Origin: Gammaproteobacteria bacterium
Lineage (GTDB): Bacteria > Pseudomonadota > Gammaproteobacteria > Acidiferrobacterales > SPGG2
Direction: 5' to 3'
Assembly: GCA_029861845.1 (NCBI GenBank)
Contig: JAOTYM010000002.1
Span: 19,510 to 83,509 of the forward strand
Length of the DNA stretch: 64,000 bases
Under the pieces are notes generated by a model, which had not been told where the DNA came from, did no database searches, and saw nothing but the letters and a program-made list of their open reading frames with translations. Of the stretch, positions 40,891 through 51,392 are shown one piece after another. Position numbers and translations under genes: made by a program. Numbering within the stretch: the stretch's first letter is position 1; each line of letters opens with the position of its first letter.

Positions 40891-41691
40891 TTAGGAGGAG
40901 GTAGAGGAAGTCAGAGGAAGGAACGGCAATCGCGTGCGGAACCTGAGTGTGCGCCGGCCGCCGCCCTGGTCTCTTCCGAACAGATTCAGTAAAGACTGGA
41001 GTTCTTGACCACGTGCTCTTGGTCGGGCGATGCCATTGAACTGCAGGTTTCCGGTTTCAAGAAGTTGCCAGCGCCCCGTGCCAGCCAGCTGAAGATCACC
41101 GCGCAAGGTGGTCAATTTCAATGCGGCTTCAGCACCGGTGCCGCTGATATCGATTCGGTAGTCACCCAACGGCTGCACACTCGACAGACCACTGCTCGCC
41201 CCCTCCCAGGTGATTACTGCATTGCCGTGTAAACCGTTCGTATCCAAGGTTAAATCGTCAGCGCTGAATCGTAGACGCCCTTTGGGGGCAAGTAGGCGCG
41301 CCGGTGCATAGAATGCACTGGCCATATTCGCGTCGGCGCTTATGTGCGAACGCTGGAGCACTATTCGTCTTGGCGTTACACCCACCGCGGCTGCCAAATC
41401 ACTTTGCGAGCTAGTTGCTTTCAGAGAAACCTGCAGACGTCCCAGTGGTAACCAGAGTGGGTTCACTCGCCATTCAGTTTGACCGAGATCCTGTGGCGTG
41501 GATTGAGGATAGAAGACGACAAGCCTACCGTGGCCAACCCACAGGCTGCCGCGTTCCTCATTAAGATCAACTGCGCCGTGGGTAATACGCGCGAGCCCCC
41601 AGGATAACCAAGTGGCGGGTACGCTGACGACCAGAAATATAAGGTACGCGGCTACGCCTAAGAATAGATATCCGAACCATGATTTCTTCAT
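40891..41691 (-). CDS. gspN: Type II secretion system protein N
   Basis: 266 aa. A single N-terminal TM segment, and the last gene of the gsp operon after gspM, overlapping the gspM stop. Assigned mainly by position and topology. Confidence 0.7.
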   Translation of the reverse strand: MKKSWFGYLFLGVAAYLIFLVVSVPATWLSWGLARITHGAVDLNEERGSLWVGHGRLVVFYPQSTPQDLGQTEWRVNPLWLPLGRLQVSLKATSSQSDLAAAVGVTPRRIVLQRSHISADANMASAFYAPARLLAPKGRLRFSADDLTLDTNGLHGNAVITWEGASSGLSSVQPLGDYRIDISGTGAEAALKLTTLRGDLQLAGTGRWQLLETGNLQFNGIARPRARGQELQSLLNLFGRDQGGGRRTLRFRTRLPFLPLTSSTSS

Positions 41692-42194
41692 AACCCTGGA
41701 CCACGCATTAATAAGCGAGCATTTACTAACCCTGGGTCCGACTGCGCCTTAATTGTTGCGGTTTCAGGCCGGATGCCATTTTGGGTTTGAAGCTCTTTGA
41801 GCCATCGAAGCAGAGCGTTGAAATCGACGCTGTCCAGAGATAGACGTACCGAGTTCTTCTCATCTGGTTCCATGCGTGTGATATGTTCTCTTAATCCACG
41901 GTTTTGAGCGGACTGCTCTAGTTTCGTCAATAGATTCCCCGATGCGATTGTAGTGGGCACACTGCCACGTAGTTGTGTAACCTGTTTCGCCTGCACCCGC
42001 ATAAGTGCGAGCTGCGTGCGCTGTTTCGGAACATTAATACGTAGGTTCGAAAGGTCACGCTGCACTGGCGCCCAGACGATGCTATAAGCTAACAGCGCTA
42101 ATAGGATCACCGCGCCAGCGCCTACTACCAGGCGCTCTCGCGATTGTAAGGAATTCCAAGCATTACGTAGTCTATCGAATAGTGGAATATTCAT
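41688..42194 (-). CDS. gspM: Type II secretion system protein M
   Basis: 168 aa. An N-terminal TM segment (LVVGAGAVILLALLAYSIVWAPV) followed by a periplasmic ferredoxin-like domain. Positioned after gspL. Confidence 0.8.
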   Translation of the reverse strand: MNIPLFDRLRNAWNSLQSRERLVVGAGAVILLALLAYSIVWAPVQRDLSNLRINVPKQRTQLALMRVQAKQVTQLRGSVPTTIASGNLLTKLEQSAQNRGLREHITRMEPDEKNSVRLSLDSVDFNALLRWLKELQTQNGIRPETATIKAQSDPGLVNARLLMRGPGL

Positions 42195-42196
42195 TC

Positions 42197-43501
42197 TTAG
42201 TTGCTTGTCCGTTGGATGCGCAGCCGTCCTTCAACGCCCGAGGCGCGACTATTTGCGGCAAGTACTTCCACACTAAAACCACGTGTGACCCCTAAGTCAT
42301 TCTTTATCACCTCTAATGCTTGGAAATCGGGCAAATTGAGGTCAATGGTTAATCCTGTATCGCCGTATTTTAGCGAACGCAACTTCACCGATGAGTTTGA
42401 CCGTAATGTGGGGACTATACCAGCAAGCAGCGGCAAAAAATCGTTAGCACTCGTTTTTCCACTTTGACCCTGCAATGCATCTAGGTTGCGTTGCATTTGT
42501 GCCGCAGGATCGAGTACTACTTTTTCTTTGGGGAAGGTCTTCTGAAATAGACTGGTCATTGCTTGTTGTTGCGACCGATAGGCGCTCTTGAGTTGCCACC
42601 ACTCCGACAGATTAAAACCTAGCGTCGCCAGAAACCAGATACCTAAGATTACTATCGCTGGCCGTAGCGGTTTGAAGGTATTGTGCAGCTGGCCTGTTGG
42701 CGCAAAGTCACCCTGTAGTAGGTTCAGCGGCGTCTGGGAATTGCTGTCGTGCGTCTGAAAAGCATCGTTCGCGATTACCAGGCCCACGCCGAGGTTCGAA
42801 CCCCAGGTTTGGGCGTCGAAGCCGGCGGCAGGATTGAAAATGGATAACTGCGATGGCAGCTTGCCTTGCTGGCGCGCCTCCTCCAGGGCGGCAACCAGCG
42901 TTGTTGGCGGTGTGTCTGAAAGCGGGCACACAAATCCGCTGAACGGACCCGTGCGTACCCACAACTCGGTGTCGGCAAATAACACTGACCAGCTGTCGGG
43001 TTCTAACGGGAGGGCGAGATTAGCCGGGCATACACGAGTCGGACGCAAGCCTGCCTTTGCTAAAACGTCAAGCCAGGTGTTCAGCCGTTTACGCGCAGTG
43101 ACCGCAACCGCGAGGGTGCCATCGTCCTGTCGATAGTAGGCAAAATGCAATTGTTGGGGATCGCCTAGAAGTTGATCTTCCAATGCAAAGGGCAACGCCT
43201 GCATGATTTTGTTACGACTGCGCGTGGGTAATGTTGCTTGGGTTAGCAGTGTGTCAGCCGGTGGTGTCCAGACAACTACATGCGCTGATCTTAAGTAAGG
43301 AGGAATTTCATCAAGATCAGCCGCTTGTCCTTGCGATAAGTCTGCGCCGCTTCGCACATACCAATCGATCTGCGTGCCACTTTCAGGCCATCCGCGCGGG
43401 AGGATCAAATCGAGCGTGGTTCCCGGCAGGCCGTGGGGGCGACGCATTGCGCTCAGCGACCGGCTGGGCACTAACCCATTCAATTTCTCACTCAGCGCCA
43501 T
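42197..43501 (-). CDS. gspL: Type II secretion system protein L
   Basis: 434 aa. Cytoplasmic actin-like domain, a central TM segment (AIVILGIWFLATLGF), and a periplasmic domain. Position gspK-L-M. Confidence 0.8.
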   Translation of the reverse strand: MALSEKLNGLVPSRSLSAMRRPHGLPGTTLDLILPRGWPESGTQIDWYVRSGADLSQGQAADLDEIPPYLRSAHVVVWTPPADTLLTQATLPTRSRNKIMQALPFALEDQLLGDPQQLHFAYYRQDDGTLAVAVTARKRLNTWLDVLAKAGLRPTRVCPANLALPLEPDSWSVLFADTELWVRTGPFSGFVCPLSDTPPTTLVAALEEARQQGKLPSQLSIFNPAAGFDAQTWGSNLGVGLVIANDAFQTHDSNSQTPLNLLQGDFAPTGQLHNTFKPLRPAIVILGIWFLATLGFNLSEWWQLKSAYRSQQQAMTSLFQKTFPKEKVVLDPAAQMQRNLDALQGQSGKTSANDFLPLLAGIVPTLRSNSSVKLRSLKYGDTGLTIDLNLPDFQALEVIKNDLGVTRGFSVEVLAANSRASGVEGRLRIQRTSN

Positions 43502-44480
43502 CGCCTTCCTTGCTTTCTTGTGTCACTAGCAATTGTCGTTGTTGCCATAAGACTTTCACCGGCGTCCCCGATGGACGATGTAGTAGCGCCACCGTCTGTC
43601 GCTGCAGACGCCCAAACAGCGTATCAATTGTGACTTCGAAATAGCTACTCTTGATATCATACGGCACCTTCGGTAACGCTACATCGGAAGGCAGACGCTC
43701 TTTTAGTTGACCCACATCGCTGAACGGGTTCTCGTCGCGTTGCGATACTAAATCATCCGCCTCAGACAACGACAGATCGGGAAACAAGGCGCTGAGAACA
43801 GCCGACGGCGCAGTATTGATATTGATGCTCGTCGCCTCAGGTAGAGCTGTAATCAAGGGCCGGAGTTTTTCAACCGTGTCACGATCGAAACCCTTTACCA
43901 ACCGCAATTCGCCGATACTCTGGAGAAGTTGGTTGGCAGCACGATAGGGTGGCTCCACATTCAAGTAATCGATATCTTCTGCGCCGCTGGGTTGTGTATT
44001 AGCGTCTGTATCCAACCAATCAACCACTGAATCGGCGAGTTCGGCTGCAAGTTCTTGCGAGACTAGCAGGCGCTGGAAGACGGCTACGTCATCGTTGCTG
44101 ATCTGACCCCTGCGCACAAGGTTGTTGAGATTATACTGTCCCTGAGCGTCGACGATACGACCGGTAACAAGCCCACTTTCGGCCGGCAGGGGTGGTATGT
44201 CTTGCGCCCAGGCCTCGGTGAGGTCATCGGTAGCATTGTCCTTCGCATCCTCGGTAAGAATAATTGCGGCCCATTCAAGTGCGCCGCTACGCACCGTTTC
44301 GGCTTGGGCGCGATCGGACAGATTCTGTGCCTGTCGTAGCCAGACTTGTTGGCCAAGACTGAGGAATGCGGCTGACGTGGCAACAATGGCAACAACCAAT
44401 AACGCCGTGACTATCGCCAAGCCTCGCTGTCGTTCAGCTGGCGGGCGAGGAACACACATAGAAAACGACAGTCTAGCCAT
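43488..44480 (-). CDS. gspK: Type II secretion minor pseudopilin K
   Basis: QRGLAIVTALLVVAIVATSAA hydrophobic N-terminus and a large GspK-type body. Start uncertain: ATG 44480, with alternatives 44459 and 44513. Confidence 0.85.
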   Translation of the reverse strand: MARLSFSMCVPRPPAERQRGLAIVTALLVVAIVATSAAFLSLGQQVWLRQAQNLSDRAQAETVRSGALEWAAIILTEDAKDNATDDLTEAWAQDIPPLPAESGLVTGRIVDAQGQYNLNNLVRRGQISNDDVAVFQRLLVSQELAAELADSVVDWLDTDANTQPSGAEDIDYLNVEPPYRAANQLLQSIGELRLVKGFDRDTVEKLRPLITALPEATSININTAPSAVLSALFPDLSLSEADDLVSQRDENPFSDVGQLKERLPSDVALPKVPYDIKSSYFEVTIDTLFGRLQRQTVALLHRPSGTPVKVLWQQRQLLVTQESKEGDGAE

Positions 44481-45093
44481 TGACGAAAAACACGCGCTTG
44501 AATTCGTTACCATTGGTTAGCGTCAGTGTGACCTCTACGCCACGTGGCAGTTCCTCCGACAATTCTTCTACTGGCCATACATCGATCCAGTTACCACCCA
44601 AACTATAGAAACGCACCTCGAAGGTTTCCACGTCCCTGAGAAGCGGTGACTCAAACGGTTCTGTTTGCGGTGCACGGTCGAGGACTGGCCAGGTAAGGCG
44701 TAGGAGTACGTTATCCTCTAAGCGATAGCCTACACGTTGGAGGTCGCTGCGTATGCCCTCGCCGAACACCAATACCCCACCGCGTGTCAACTCTAGGGTA
44801 GGATCAGCAAGTGCCCGCGTATCAGTCGATTGGCCGCGTAGCGATGGCAGAGTTGTTCCGTCTATATCCCGCACGGGTCGGGCCCGCGCTTGCGCCATAT
44901 CCTCTTCCATGCGCAAGAACGTTAGTGAAAGTGCACGCCAATACTCCCGTTTCTCTTCGATCTGGTCGCGCTGATCCAGTACTCGATTCAGTGCGCCGTA
45001 GGCCATCATCGAAAACAGCGCGAATACGCCTACGGCCACGATGAGTTCCAATAACGTCAGACCGCGCTGGGATTTTTTGGGTTTCATACTCAT
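44473..45093 (-). CDS. gspJ: Type II secretion minor pseudopilin J
   Basis: 206 aa. Prepilin-type N-terminus KKSQRGLTLLELIVAVGVFAL. Confidence 0.85.
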   Translation of the reverse strand: MSMKPKKSQRGLTLLELIVAVGVFALFSMMAYGALNRVLDQRDQIEEKREYWRALSLTFLRMEEDMAQARARPVRDIDGTTLPSLRGQSTDTRALADPTLELTRGGVLVFGEGIRSDLQRVGYRLEDNVLLRLTWPVLDRAPQTEPFESPLLRDVETFEVRFYSLGGNWIDVWPVEELSEELPRGVEVTLTLTNGNEFKRVFFVNG

Positions 45094-45473
45094 GGTTTCG
45101 CCTGTGGGTCTCGGAGGAAGCCGACGAGCTTGGCTAACAGGTCAGGTCCGTTTTCGTCGTGAATTTCGATCTCAACGCGCCGCAACTGTGCAACCGGCGT
45201 GCTGATGACCTTTTCTTGCCAGCGCCAACTGCGACCCGCCATCTCACTCGTGCCGGAGGTGGTCTTGAGAGGCGGCCAATCGCGCTCGATGCGATGCATG
45301 GTCAGGCGGTCTTGCGCCACCCACAGGGCGATGCTCCGATCACGCAGGGCAGCGGTGGTATCGATCGCCTGACTCACGGCTCGGGTAATGGCGGCCAGAG
45401 GTATGGCCAGTATTGCCAACGCGACTAATATCTCGACGAGTAAGAATCCCAATTGCTTTTTACGATGTCGCAC
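45090..45473 (-). CDS. gspI: Type II secretion minor pseudopilin I
   Basis: 127 aa. Prepilin-type N-terminus KKQLGFLLVEILVALAIL. Confidence 0.85.
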   Translation of the reverse strand: MRHRKKQLGFLLVEILVALAILAIPLAAITRAVSQAIDTTAALRDRSIALWVAQDRLTMHRIERDWPPLKTTSGTSEMAGRSWRWQEKVISTPVAQLRRVEIEIHDENGPDLLAKLVGFLRDPQAKP

Positions 45474-46032
45474 GGCGTTCCACTGACTGTGTCGATCTAA
45501 TACCGTCCCCCATTGACCCGGTAACGCGCCAGGTTGCGGTGCCCTTATTAAAGGTGATCACGAAGTCAGGTACATCACCGCTAGGTTGCAGAACAATGCC
45601 GATTTCCTCGTCCTGTTCCTTTACGGTGCCATCGATCTCTACCTCGCTAATGTTCATACCGATCGGGAGTGCACGAGGACGCAGCACGTCGTCCTTTTTG
45701 GCGAATGGCTCTAGTGTGCCGTTTTTGGTGAGTTGCAGGAAATGATAGCCACGTTTCTCTACTGCAAGGGCGAACAATTGTCCTTGAAGGATCGCTTCCT
45801 CCTGCGCCGTGTTCAACAGTAAGGCAAGTCTTTCCGCTTCCTCACGCACCTCACCCGCGTCGTCGCCCCCGAGGTTTAGTGCCACCATGCCAGCTATGAC
45901 TACCAGGAGTAGCATGACGACAATTAGTTCGATTAGCGTGAACCCTTGGGCGCAGCGTATCGATATTGGCGGTCCCCGCAGAACTGGTTCGCATAAGATG
46001 CGCGACCTAAAAGGCGTTAGCTGCGAAATCAC
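45460..46032 (-). CDS. gspH: Type II secretion minor pseudopilin H
   Basis: Prepilin-type motif QGFTLIELIVVMLLLVV. The track ORF (to 46131) would overlap gspG by ~100 nt. An in-frame GTG at 46032, 2 nt after the gspG stop, is the most plausible start, though the leader would then be rather long (~32 aa). Confidence 0.75.
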   Translation of the reverse strand: MISQLTPFRSRILCEPVLRGPPISIRCAQGFTLIELIVVMLLLVVIAGMVALNLGGDDAGEVREEAERLALLLNTAQEEAILQGQLFALAVEKRGYHFLQLTKNGTLEPFAKKDDVLRPRALPIGMNISEVEIDGTVKEQDEEIGIVLQPSGDVPDFVITFNKGTATWRVTGSMGDGIRSTQSVERRATS

Positions 46033-46033
46033 A

Positions 46034-46504
46034 CTACTCGTAATCGAGGTTCCAGGAGCCGATATCGGCGTTAGTACCTTCGCCACCCGGGGCATTATCG
46101 GCGCCGAAGCTGAATACATCGATTTCTCCATGGATACCGGGGTTCAGATATTGGTATTGGGCTTGCCAGGGATCTACCGGCAGGCGCTCCAAATAGCCAC
46201 CTGACTTCCAGTTGCGTGGAGCGTTCCCGGTTTCCGGTTTTTGTACGAGGGCCAGCAACCCCTGATCGGTGCTCGGGTACGTGCCGCTGTCCAGGCGATA
46301 AAGCTTAAGTGCACTGATGATGGCGCGGACGTCATTCTTGGCGGCGATAATCCGGGCTTGGTCCGGGCGTTCCATAATTCGCGGGACCACTAACGCCGCG
46401 AGGACACCTAGTATGACGACCACCACGAGGATTTCGATCAGCGTGAACCCACACTGGCGGCATCGTTTGCGCAACGCTTTAATAGAGGACATAGCCATTC
46501 TCAT
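46034..46504 (-). CDS. gspG: Type II secretion major pseudopilin G
   Basis: 156 aa. CGFTLIEILVVVVILGVLAALVVP plus conserved ..AKNDV..I..AL.LYRLD.G.YP..QGL.ALV.. and the calcium-binding C-terminus. Confidence 0.95.
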   Translation of the reverse strand: MRMAMSSIKALRKRCRQCGFTLIEILVVVVILGVLAALVVPRIMERPDQARIIAAKNDVRAIISALKLYRLDSGTYPSTDQGLLALVQKPETGNAPRNWKSGGYLERLPVDPWQAQYQYLNPGIHGEIDVFSFGADNAPGGEGTNADIGSWNLDYE

Positions 46505-47718
46505 CTGATTAATTGATTCATTTCAAATATGGGGAGCAACATGGCGAGCACGATGAAGCCGACAACGGCGCCGACGACCAAAATCATGACCGGTTCTAAC
46601 AACGCAGTTAGTGCTCTGACCCAGTTCTCAAGCTCGCGCGCCTGGGTTTCGGCGGCACGGGCAAGCATGATATCTAGGTTGCCGCTTGCCTCGCCACTAG
46701 CGATGAGATGAATGACAAGCGGTGGAAAGAGTTTTGCTTTGCCCAAAGCACGAGCTAGTCCCGCGCCCTCACGAACCTGTCGTAGTGCATCATCAACTGC
46801 CGCTCGCATGGGCAAATTAGCTACAACCAGAACGGCTGATTGCATGGCCTGTAACAGCGGGATACCGCTTGACGTCAGAATACCCAATGTGCTCGCGAAA
46901 CGGGCCGCGTTTACACCACGGACTAGCCGACCGACGAGCGGCAACTTCAATAACAAGCCATGCCAATATCGGTGCATACGTTTGTTGCGTAACATCACAC
47001 GTACGCCCACAAAAATAACCGCGATTCCAACCAGCCACCATACCCCACCCGCGCGCACGAAATCGCTGGTCATTATAAGCACGCGCGTAACCAATGGTAA
47101 TGTTTGGCCCGTGTTTTCGAATACGCGCGTTACTTGTGGCACCACGTTGATCAGCAGAAACGTCACGATCACGATCGCCACCAAGGTGACGAGGGCGGGG
47201 TAGATGAATGCCAGTACGACCTTTTGGCGCAAGGCTTGACGATCTTCAGTGTAATCGGCGAGTCGCTCTAGGACCTGAGCCAACTGCCCGCTCTGTTCAC
47301 CGGCTTCGACCATATGCTGGTAGATATCGGGAAATGCCTGGGGGAACGCCTCAATCCCGCGGGCTAACGATTGGCCTTCCAAGACACGCCCACGTACACC
47401 TGCGAGTACCGTACGAGCGCGCGTAGATTCAGTCTGTTCGATTAGGGCGGTGAGACATTCTTCGATTGTCATACCAGCTCGCACCAAAGTGGCAAATTGG
47501 CGAGTGAGTAGCGCCAAGTCGGCGCCCGAGATACCACGCCGCCATGGACGTCTTCCAGGCGCTTTGACCGCAGTCTCGGCCGCGATGACATCGACCTGCA
47601 GTGGCGTCAAGCCTTTATCACGCAGCGCCGAACGTACCTGGCGTTCGGCGTCGCCTTCGATGACTCCCTTAATGGTACGCCCACGTAGATCTAATGCCTG
47701 ATACTCGAACGCTGCCAT
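46501..47718 (-). CDS. gspF: Type II secretion inner-membrane platform protein F
   Basis: 405 aa. Duplicated T2SSF domain, three TM segments, and the N-terminus MAAFEYQALD..G. Confidence 0.95.
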   Translation of the reverse strand: MAAFEYQALDLRGRTIKGVIEGDAERQVRSALRDKGLTPLQVDVIAAETAVKAPGRRPWRRGISGADLALLTRQFATLVRAGMTIEECLTALIEQTESTRARTVLAGVRGRVLEGQSLARGIEAFPQAFPDIYQHMVEAGEQSGQLAQVLERLADYTEDRQALRQKVVLAFIYPALVTLVAIVIVTFLLINVVPQVTRVFENTGQTLPLVTRVLIMTSDFVRAGGVWWLVGIAVIFVGVRVMLRNKRMHRYWHGLLLKLPLVGRLVRGVNAARFASTLGILTSSGIPLLQAMQSAVLVVANLPMRAAVDDALRQVREGAGLARALGKAKLFPPLVIHLIASGEASGNLDIMLARAAETQARELENWVRALTALLEPVMILVVGAVVGFIVLAMLLPIFEMNQLIR

Positions 47719-47721
47719 CGT

Positions 47722-49233
47722 CTATTCGCGTGCTACGCGCAAAACCTCTTCTAAACTGGTTACGCCGGCGCGCACCCAGCGCAGCCCATCCTCGCGGATG
47801 CCTTGCATCCCAAGCTTTTCGGCTTGCGCTCGCAATCGGCCTTCGCCGGCGCCGTCGTGGATTAAGCCGCGTAATTTGTTGTCCATGGTCAAGAGCTCGA
47901 AGATACCGGTTCGTCTTTGGTATCCCGTTTGTACGCAGGCAGTGCAACCACCGGGGCCGAAAATCTGTTGTTCACGTTGGCTGTCGTCCTCGCCAACGAG
48001 TCTGGCCTCAGCCGTGTTGGCGACGCGCGCCACACGACATTCCGGACAAAGTTTTCGTACTAGGCGTTGGGCCAACACTCCCAGCAGACTGGATGCCACC
48101 AAGAACGGTTCAACGCCCATATCGACGAGCCGTGTTACCGCCCCGACCGAGTCATTGGTGTGTAAGGTTGCGAGTACGAGATGGCCAGTTAGACTTGCTT
48201 GCACCGCAATCTGTGCGGTTTCGAGATCACGAATCTCCCCGATCATGATGATGTCCGGGTCTTGTCGCAGGATTGCTCGTAGTGCACGCGCGAAACTCAA
48301 ATCGATCTTACTACTTACCTGAGTTTGACCAATCCCGTCGAGGTCATACTCGATCGGGTCCTCGACGGTCATGATGTTGTGGTGATCTGTATCGAGCCGA
48401 GACAGCGCCGCATAAAGCGTCGTGGTTTTACCGGAACCGGTTGGTCCGGTTACCAAGAGGATGCCATGTGGTTGATGGATGAGATGGTCGAGCGTCCGCA
48501 ATAGCTCATCCGACATCCCGAGGCTCGTCAAATCCAGACGTCCTGCCTGCTTGTCCAGAAGGCGCATGACAACGCGCTCGCCGTGGGCAGTGGGCAAGGT
48601 CGATACGCGTACATCTACTGGGTGTCCGGCTACGCGCAGGGTAATACGACCATCCTGTGGCAGTCGCTTCTCGGCAATGTCTAGGTGCGCCATGATCTTA
48701 ATTCGCGACACGATCACTTGATGTAAGGCCTGTTGCGGTTCTAACACGTCGCGAAGCACACCATCGATACGCAGGCGTGCTACCGAGCGGGTCTCGAAGG
48801 GCTCGATGTGAATATCGGAAGCCCCGTCGCGTATCGCCTGCGTCAACAATGCGTTTATCAGGCGCACGATGGGGGCATCGTCCTCGCTCTCTAGCAGGTC
48901 GGCGACTTGGGGCAGACTTTGCGCCAGCTCCGCAAGATTATGATCGCCATCCATGTCGTCGACGATCTGCATGGCTTGGCTGACGCCGCGTTCATACGCC
49001 TGGCTTAGCGCTGCTTCGAAGGCATCGGCCGCCAGTTCTCGTAAGTGGATGGTTTGACCGAGCGCGCGCTGGAGCTCTGACAGTACCGCACTACTCACGC
49101 CGGGACGCGCCCAGACTTCAATGCCACTATCGGTCTCGCGCGCACTGATTACGCCATGACGTTTGGCGAAGTGGTAAGGCAGGCGTTGCGTGCACTGCAG
49201 ATCTAGCGCCTGGGGATCGGGGGCGGCATCCAT
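47722..49233 (-). CDS. gspE: Type II secretion ATPase E
   Basis: 503 aa. Walker A GPTGSGKTTT, Asp/His boxes, and the tetracysteine motif (CPEC...C..C). Confidence 0.95.
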   Translation of the reverse strand: MDAAPDPQALDLQCTQRLPYHFAKRHGVISARETDSGIEVWARPGVSSAVLSELQRALGQTIHLRELAADAFEAALSQAYERGVSQAMQIVDDMDGDHNLAELAQSLPQVADLLESEDDAPIVRLINALLTQAIRDGASDIHIEPFETRSVARLRIDGVLRDVLEPQQALHQVIVSRIKIMAHLDIAEKRLPQDGRITLRVAGHPVDVRVSTLPTAHGERVVMRLLDKQAGRLDLTSLGMSDELLRTLDHLIHQPHGILLVTGPTGSGKTTTLYAALSRLDTDHHNIMTVEDPIEYDLDGIGQTQVSSKIDLSFARALRAILRQDPDIIMIGEIRDLETAQIAVQASLTGHLVLATLHTNDSVGAVTRLVDMGVEPFLVASSLLGVLAQRLVRKLCPECRVARVANTAEARLVGEDDSQREQQIFGPGGCTACVQTGYQRRTGIFELLTMDNKLRGLIHDGAGEGRLRAQAEKLGMQGIREDGLRWVRAGVTSLEEVLRVARE

Positions 49234-49261
49234 GGAGAAAATCCGGCCTTAAGTATCGATG

Positions 49262-51391
49262 CTAAGAAGTATAATCGTCAACGCCCGGGTCGGGTGGGCC
49301 GAGTAGCCCATCGCCCTCGGGGGTGTTGAATGGTTCCTCCTCGTAATCGCTTTCCGAGGCGGGGTCGCGTACCAATGCTCCGGGGGTGAAGCGGTCTAAG
49401 GTGTCCGACGGCGATGGGTCGAGCGACCGCTTTTCGCCCAGGATGTCACTGTATCGATCTGCGGTAAACTTGTGCGTGTCTTTCGCCAGACGCACGATCT
49501 TCGGGCGCAAGAAAACCATCAGGCTCGTCTTTTGTTTGTCCTTCGACCGGTTTCGGAACAGGGCGCCCAAGATGGGAATGCGGCTCAAACCCGGCACGCG
49601 CTGGTCGTTTTGCTGGAAGCGGTCATCGACCAGGCCACCCAGCACCACGGTGTTACCATCGTTGACAGCGACCGTCGTTTCTACGCTTCGCTTCCTCGTT
49701 GTAATATCGGTTGCCCCGCCGACCGGCGTCTCGTCGACATTGGAGACCTCCTGGTAGATCTCCAATTTGATGACATCGCCTTCGGAGATCTGCGGTTTTA
49801 CTCGCAGGATCAGGCCGACATCCTGACGTTCGACCGTCTGAAACGGATTGACCGTGCCATCGGTGCCGGTGGCCTGGGCGAAGCTCCCGGTCACGAATGG
49901 CACATTCTGTGCCACCGTGATCTCGGCCTCGGCGTTATCCAGCGTCAAAATATTCGGCGTCGATAAGATGGTGCCATACCCCTCCGACTCCAATGCGGTG
50001 GCGAGGGCGCTCAGTCCACGCACGGTGGAGCCGTCCGGAAGCGTGGTCTCGCTGCCCAGCACGGCCAGGGTCAAACCGGCGACCCCAGCCAGCGAGAGGG
50101 GGTCGGCCAGCACCGCCCCTAGGCTCACTTGGCCGGCGGGAAACTGGGTGAGGGCAGCCGCTTCGGTTTCGCCGCTCGAACCGGCCCCCGCCCACTGAAC
50201 CCCGATTTCTGATAGCTTGTCGGTGCGTATATCCACGATTAGCGTCTCTACCAGCACCTGAGCCCGAGGGATATCGAGTTTTTCGATGACGGAGCGCAGA
50301 TTGTTGTACACGGCATCGGGGGCTCTGATGATCAACGCGTTGGTGCCTTCATCGGCCTGAATCAACGAGCCAGCGGCGCCAGTGCCTGTGGCCGCGGCTT
50401 GCCCGGCGGCACCAGTCGGTCGCGCTCTCGCCTCGCCGGCCAATAGGCCGCGGAGGATTTCCGCTAGTGGCGTCGCCTCCGCGTTCTTCAGATACACAAC
50501 GCGCGTTTGACCACCGGGCTTAGCGGGCACATCGAGTTTACTGATGAGCGCGCGCAGTTGTGTCAGTCGGCCGGGATTATCGGTGCGCACGAGCAGGCTG
50601 TTGGTGCGCAGGTCAGGCACAATACTCAAACGTTGGCTACCGACGGCTCTCTGGGCCGCGGCTTGTTGGCCCGCCACCCGCGCTGGTTGGGTGGGGGCGC
50701 TTAGACGACCGATTAGGTCCGCGATGTCCAGGGCCGACGCGTGTTCTAGCGGTATCACCGTCACTTCAGAACTTACAGGTTGGTCTATGTCGTCAATAAT
50801 GCGAAGCAGGCGGCGAGCGTTGTTGGCGTAGTCGGTAATGATTAGCGCATTGGCTGGGGTATAGGCCGACAGCTGACTAGTGGGCGCCATCAGGGGTCGC
50901 AGCAACGGCACCATTTGTGTCGCCAGACCGTGCTGAATGACAACCACGTGGGTAGCCATCTGCTCGCCGCCGCGTGGTGTATCGTCCTGGCCTACGATTG
51001 CATTTTGCTTGCCTTCGGCCACCGGCACGATCTTGACGGCGCCGCCGGGGCCACTGACAGCGGTAAAGCCTTGGGCCTTAATCGCGGACACAAAGATTTG
51101 ATAGGCCGCGCCCTTGGATACGGGTTTTGCGGAGATGATGGTTACCTTGCCTTTTACCCGCGGGTCCAGGATAAAATTTCGGCCCGTCATTTGTGAAACG
51201 GTTTTTACAACCGCTTCGATATCCGCCCGCTGAAAATTGAACAGCACCTCGCCCTTGTGTAGTGCCGGTGCTACCTGTTTGGGAGCGTCGCCGGTGGTTT
51301 GCGCGTCTGACTCGGATAGCCAAAGACACACGAGCCCAAGTAGAAGAATCCAGGCAAGGCCCGCGTGTCCGGCGCCACAATCTGTTTGCAT
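49262..51391 (-). CDS. gspD: Type II secretion secretin D
   Basis: 709 aa. Signal peptide, N0-N3 domains, and the secretin C-domain (..TVVLGGL......VPGLSRIPILGALF..). Confidence 0.95.
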   Translation of the reverse strand: MQTDCGAGHAGLAWILLLGLVCLWLSESDAQTTGDAPKQVAPALHKGEVLFNFQRADIEAVVKTVSQMTGRNFILDPRVKGKVTIISAKPVSKGAAYQIFVSAIKAQGFTAVSGPGGAVKIVPVAEGKQNAIVGQDDTPRGGEQMATHVVVIQHGLATQMVPLLRPLMAPTSQLSAYTPANALIITDYANNARRLLRIIDDIDQPVSSEVTVIPLEHASALDIADLIGRLSAPTQPARVAGQQAAAQRAVGSQRLSIVPDLRTNSLLVRTDNPGRLTQLRALISKLDVPAKPGGQTRVVYLKNAEATPLAEILRGLLAGEARARPTGAAGQAAATGTGAAGSLIQADEGTNALIIRAPDAVYNNLRSVIEKLDIPRAQVLVETLIVDIRTDKLSEIGVQWAGAGSSGETEAAALTQFPAGQVSLGAVLADPLSLAGVAGLTLAVLGSETTLPDGSTVRGLSALATALESEGYGTILSTPNILTLDNAEAEITVAQNVPFVTGSFAQATGTDGTVNPFQTVERQDVGLILRVKPQISEGDVIKLEIYQEVSNVDETPVGGATDITTRKRSVETTVAVNDGNTVVLGGLVDDRFQQNDQRVPGLSRIPILGALFRNRSKDKQKTSLMVFLRPKIVRLAKDTHKFTADRYSDILGEKRSLDPSPSDTLDRFTPGALVRDPASESDYEEEPFNTPEGDGLLGPPDPGVDDYTS

Positions 51392-51392
51392 C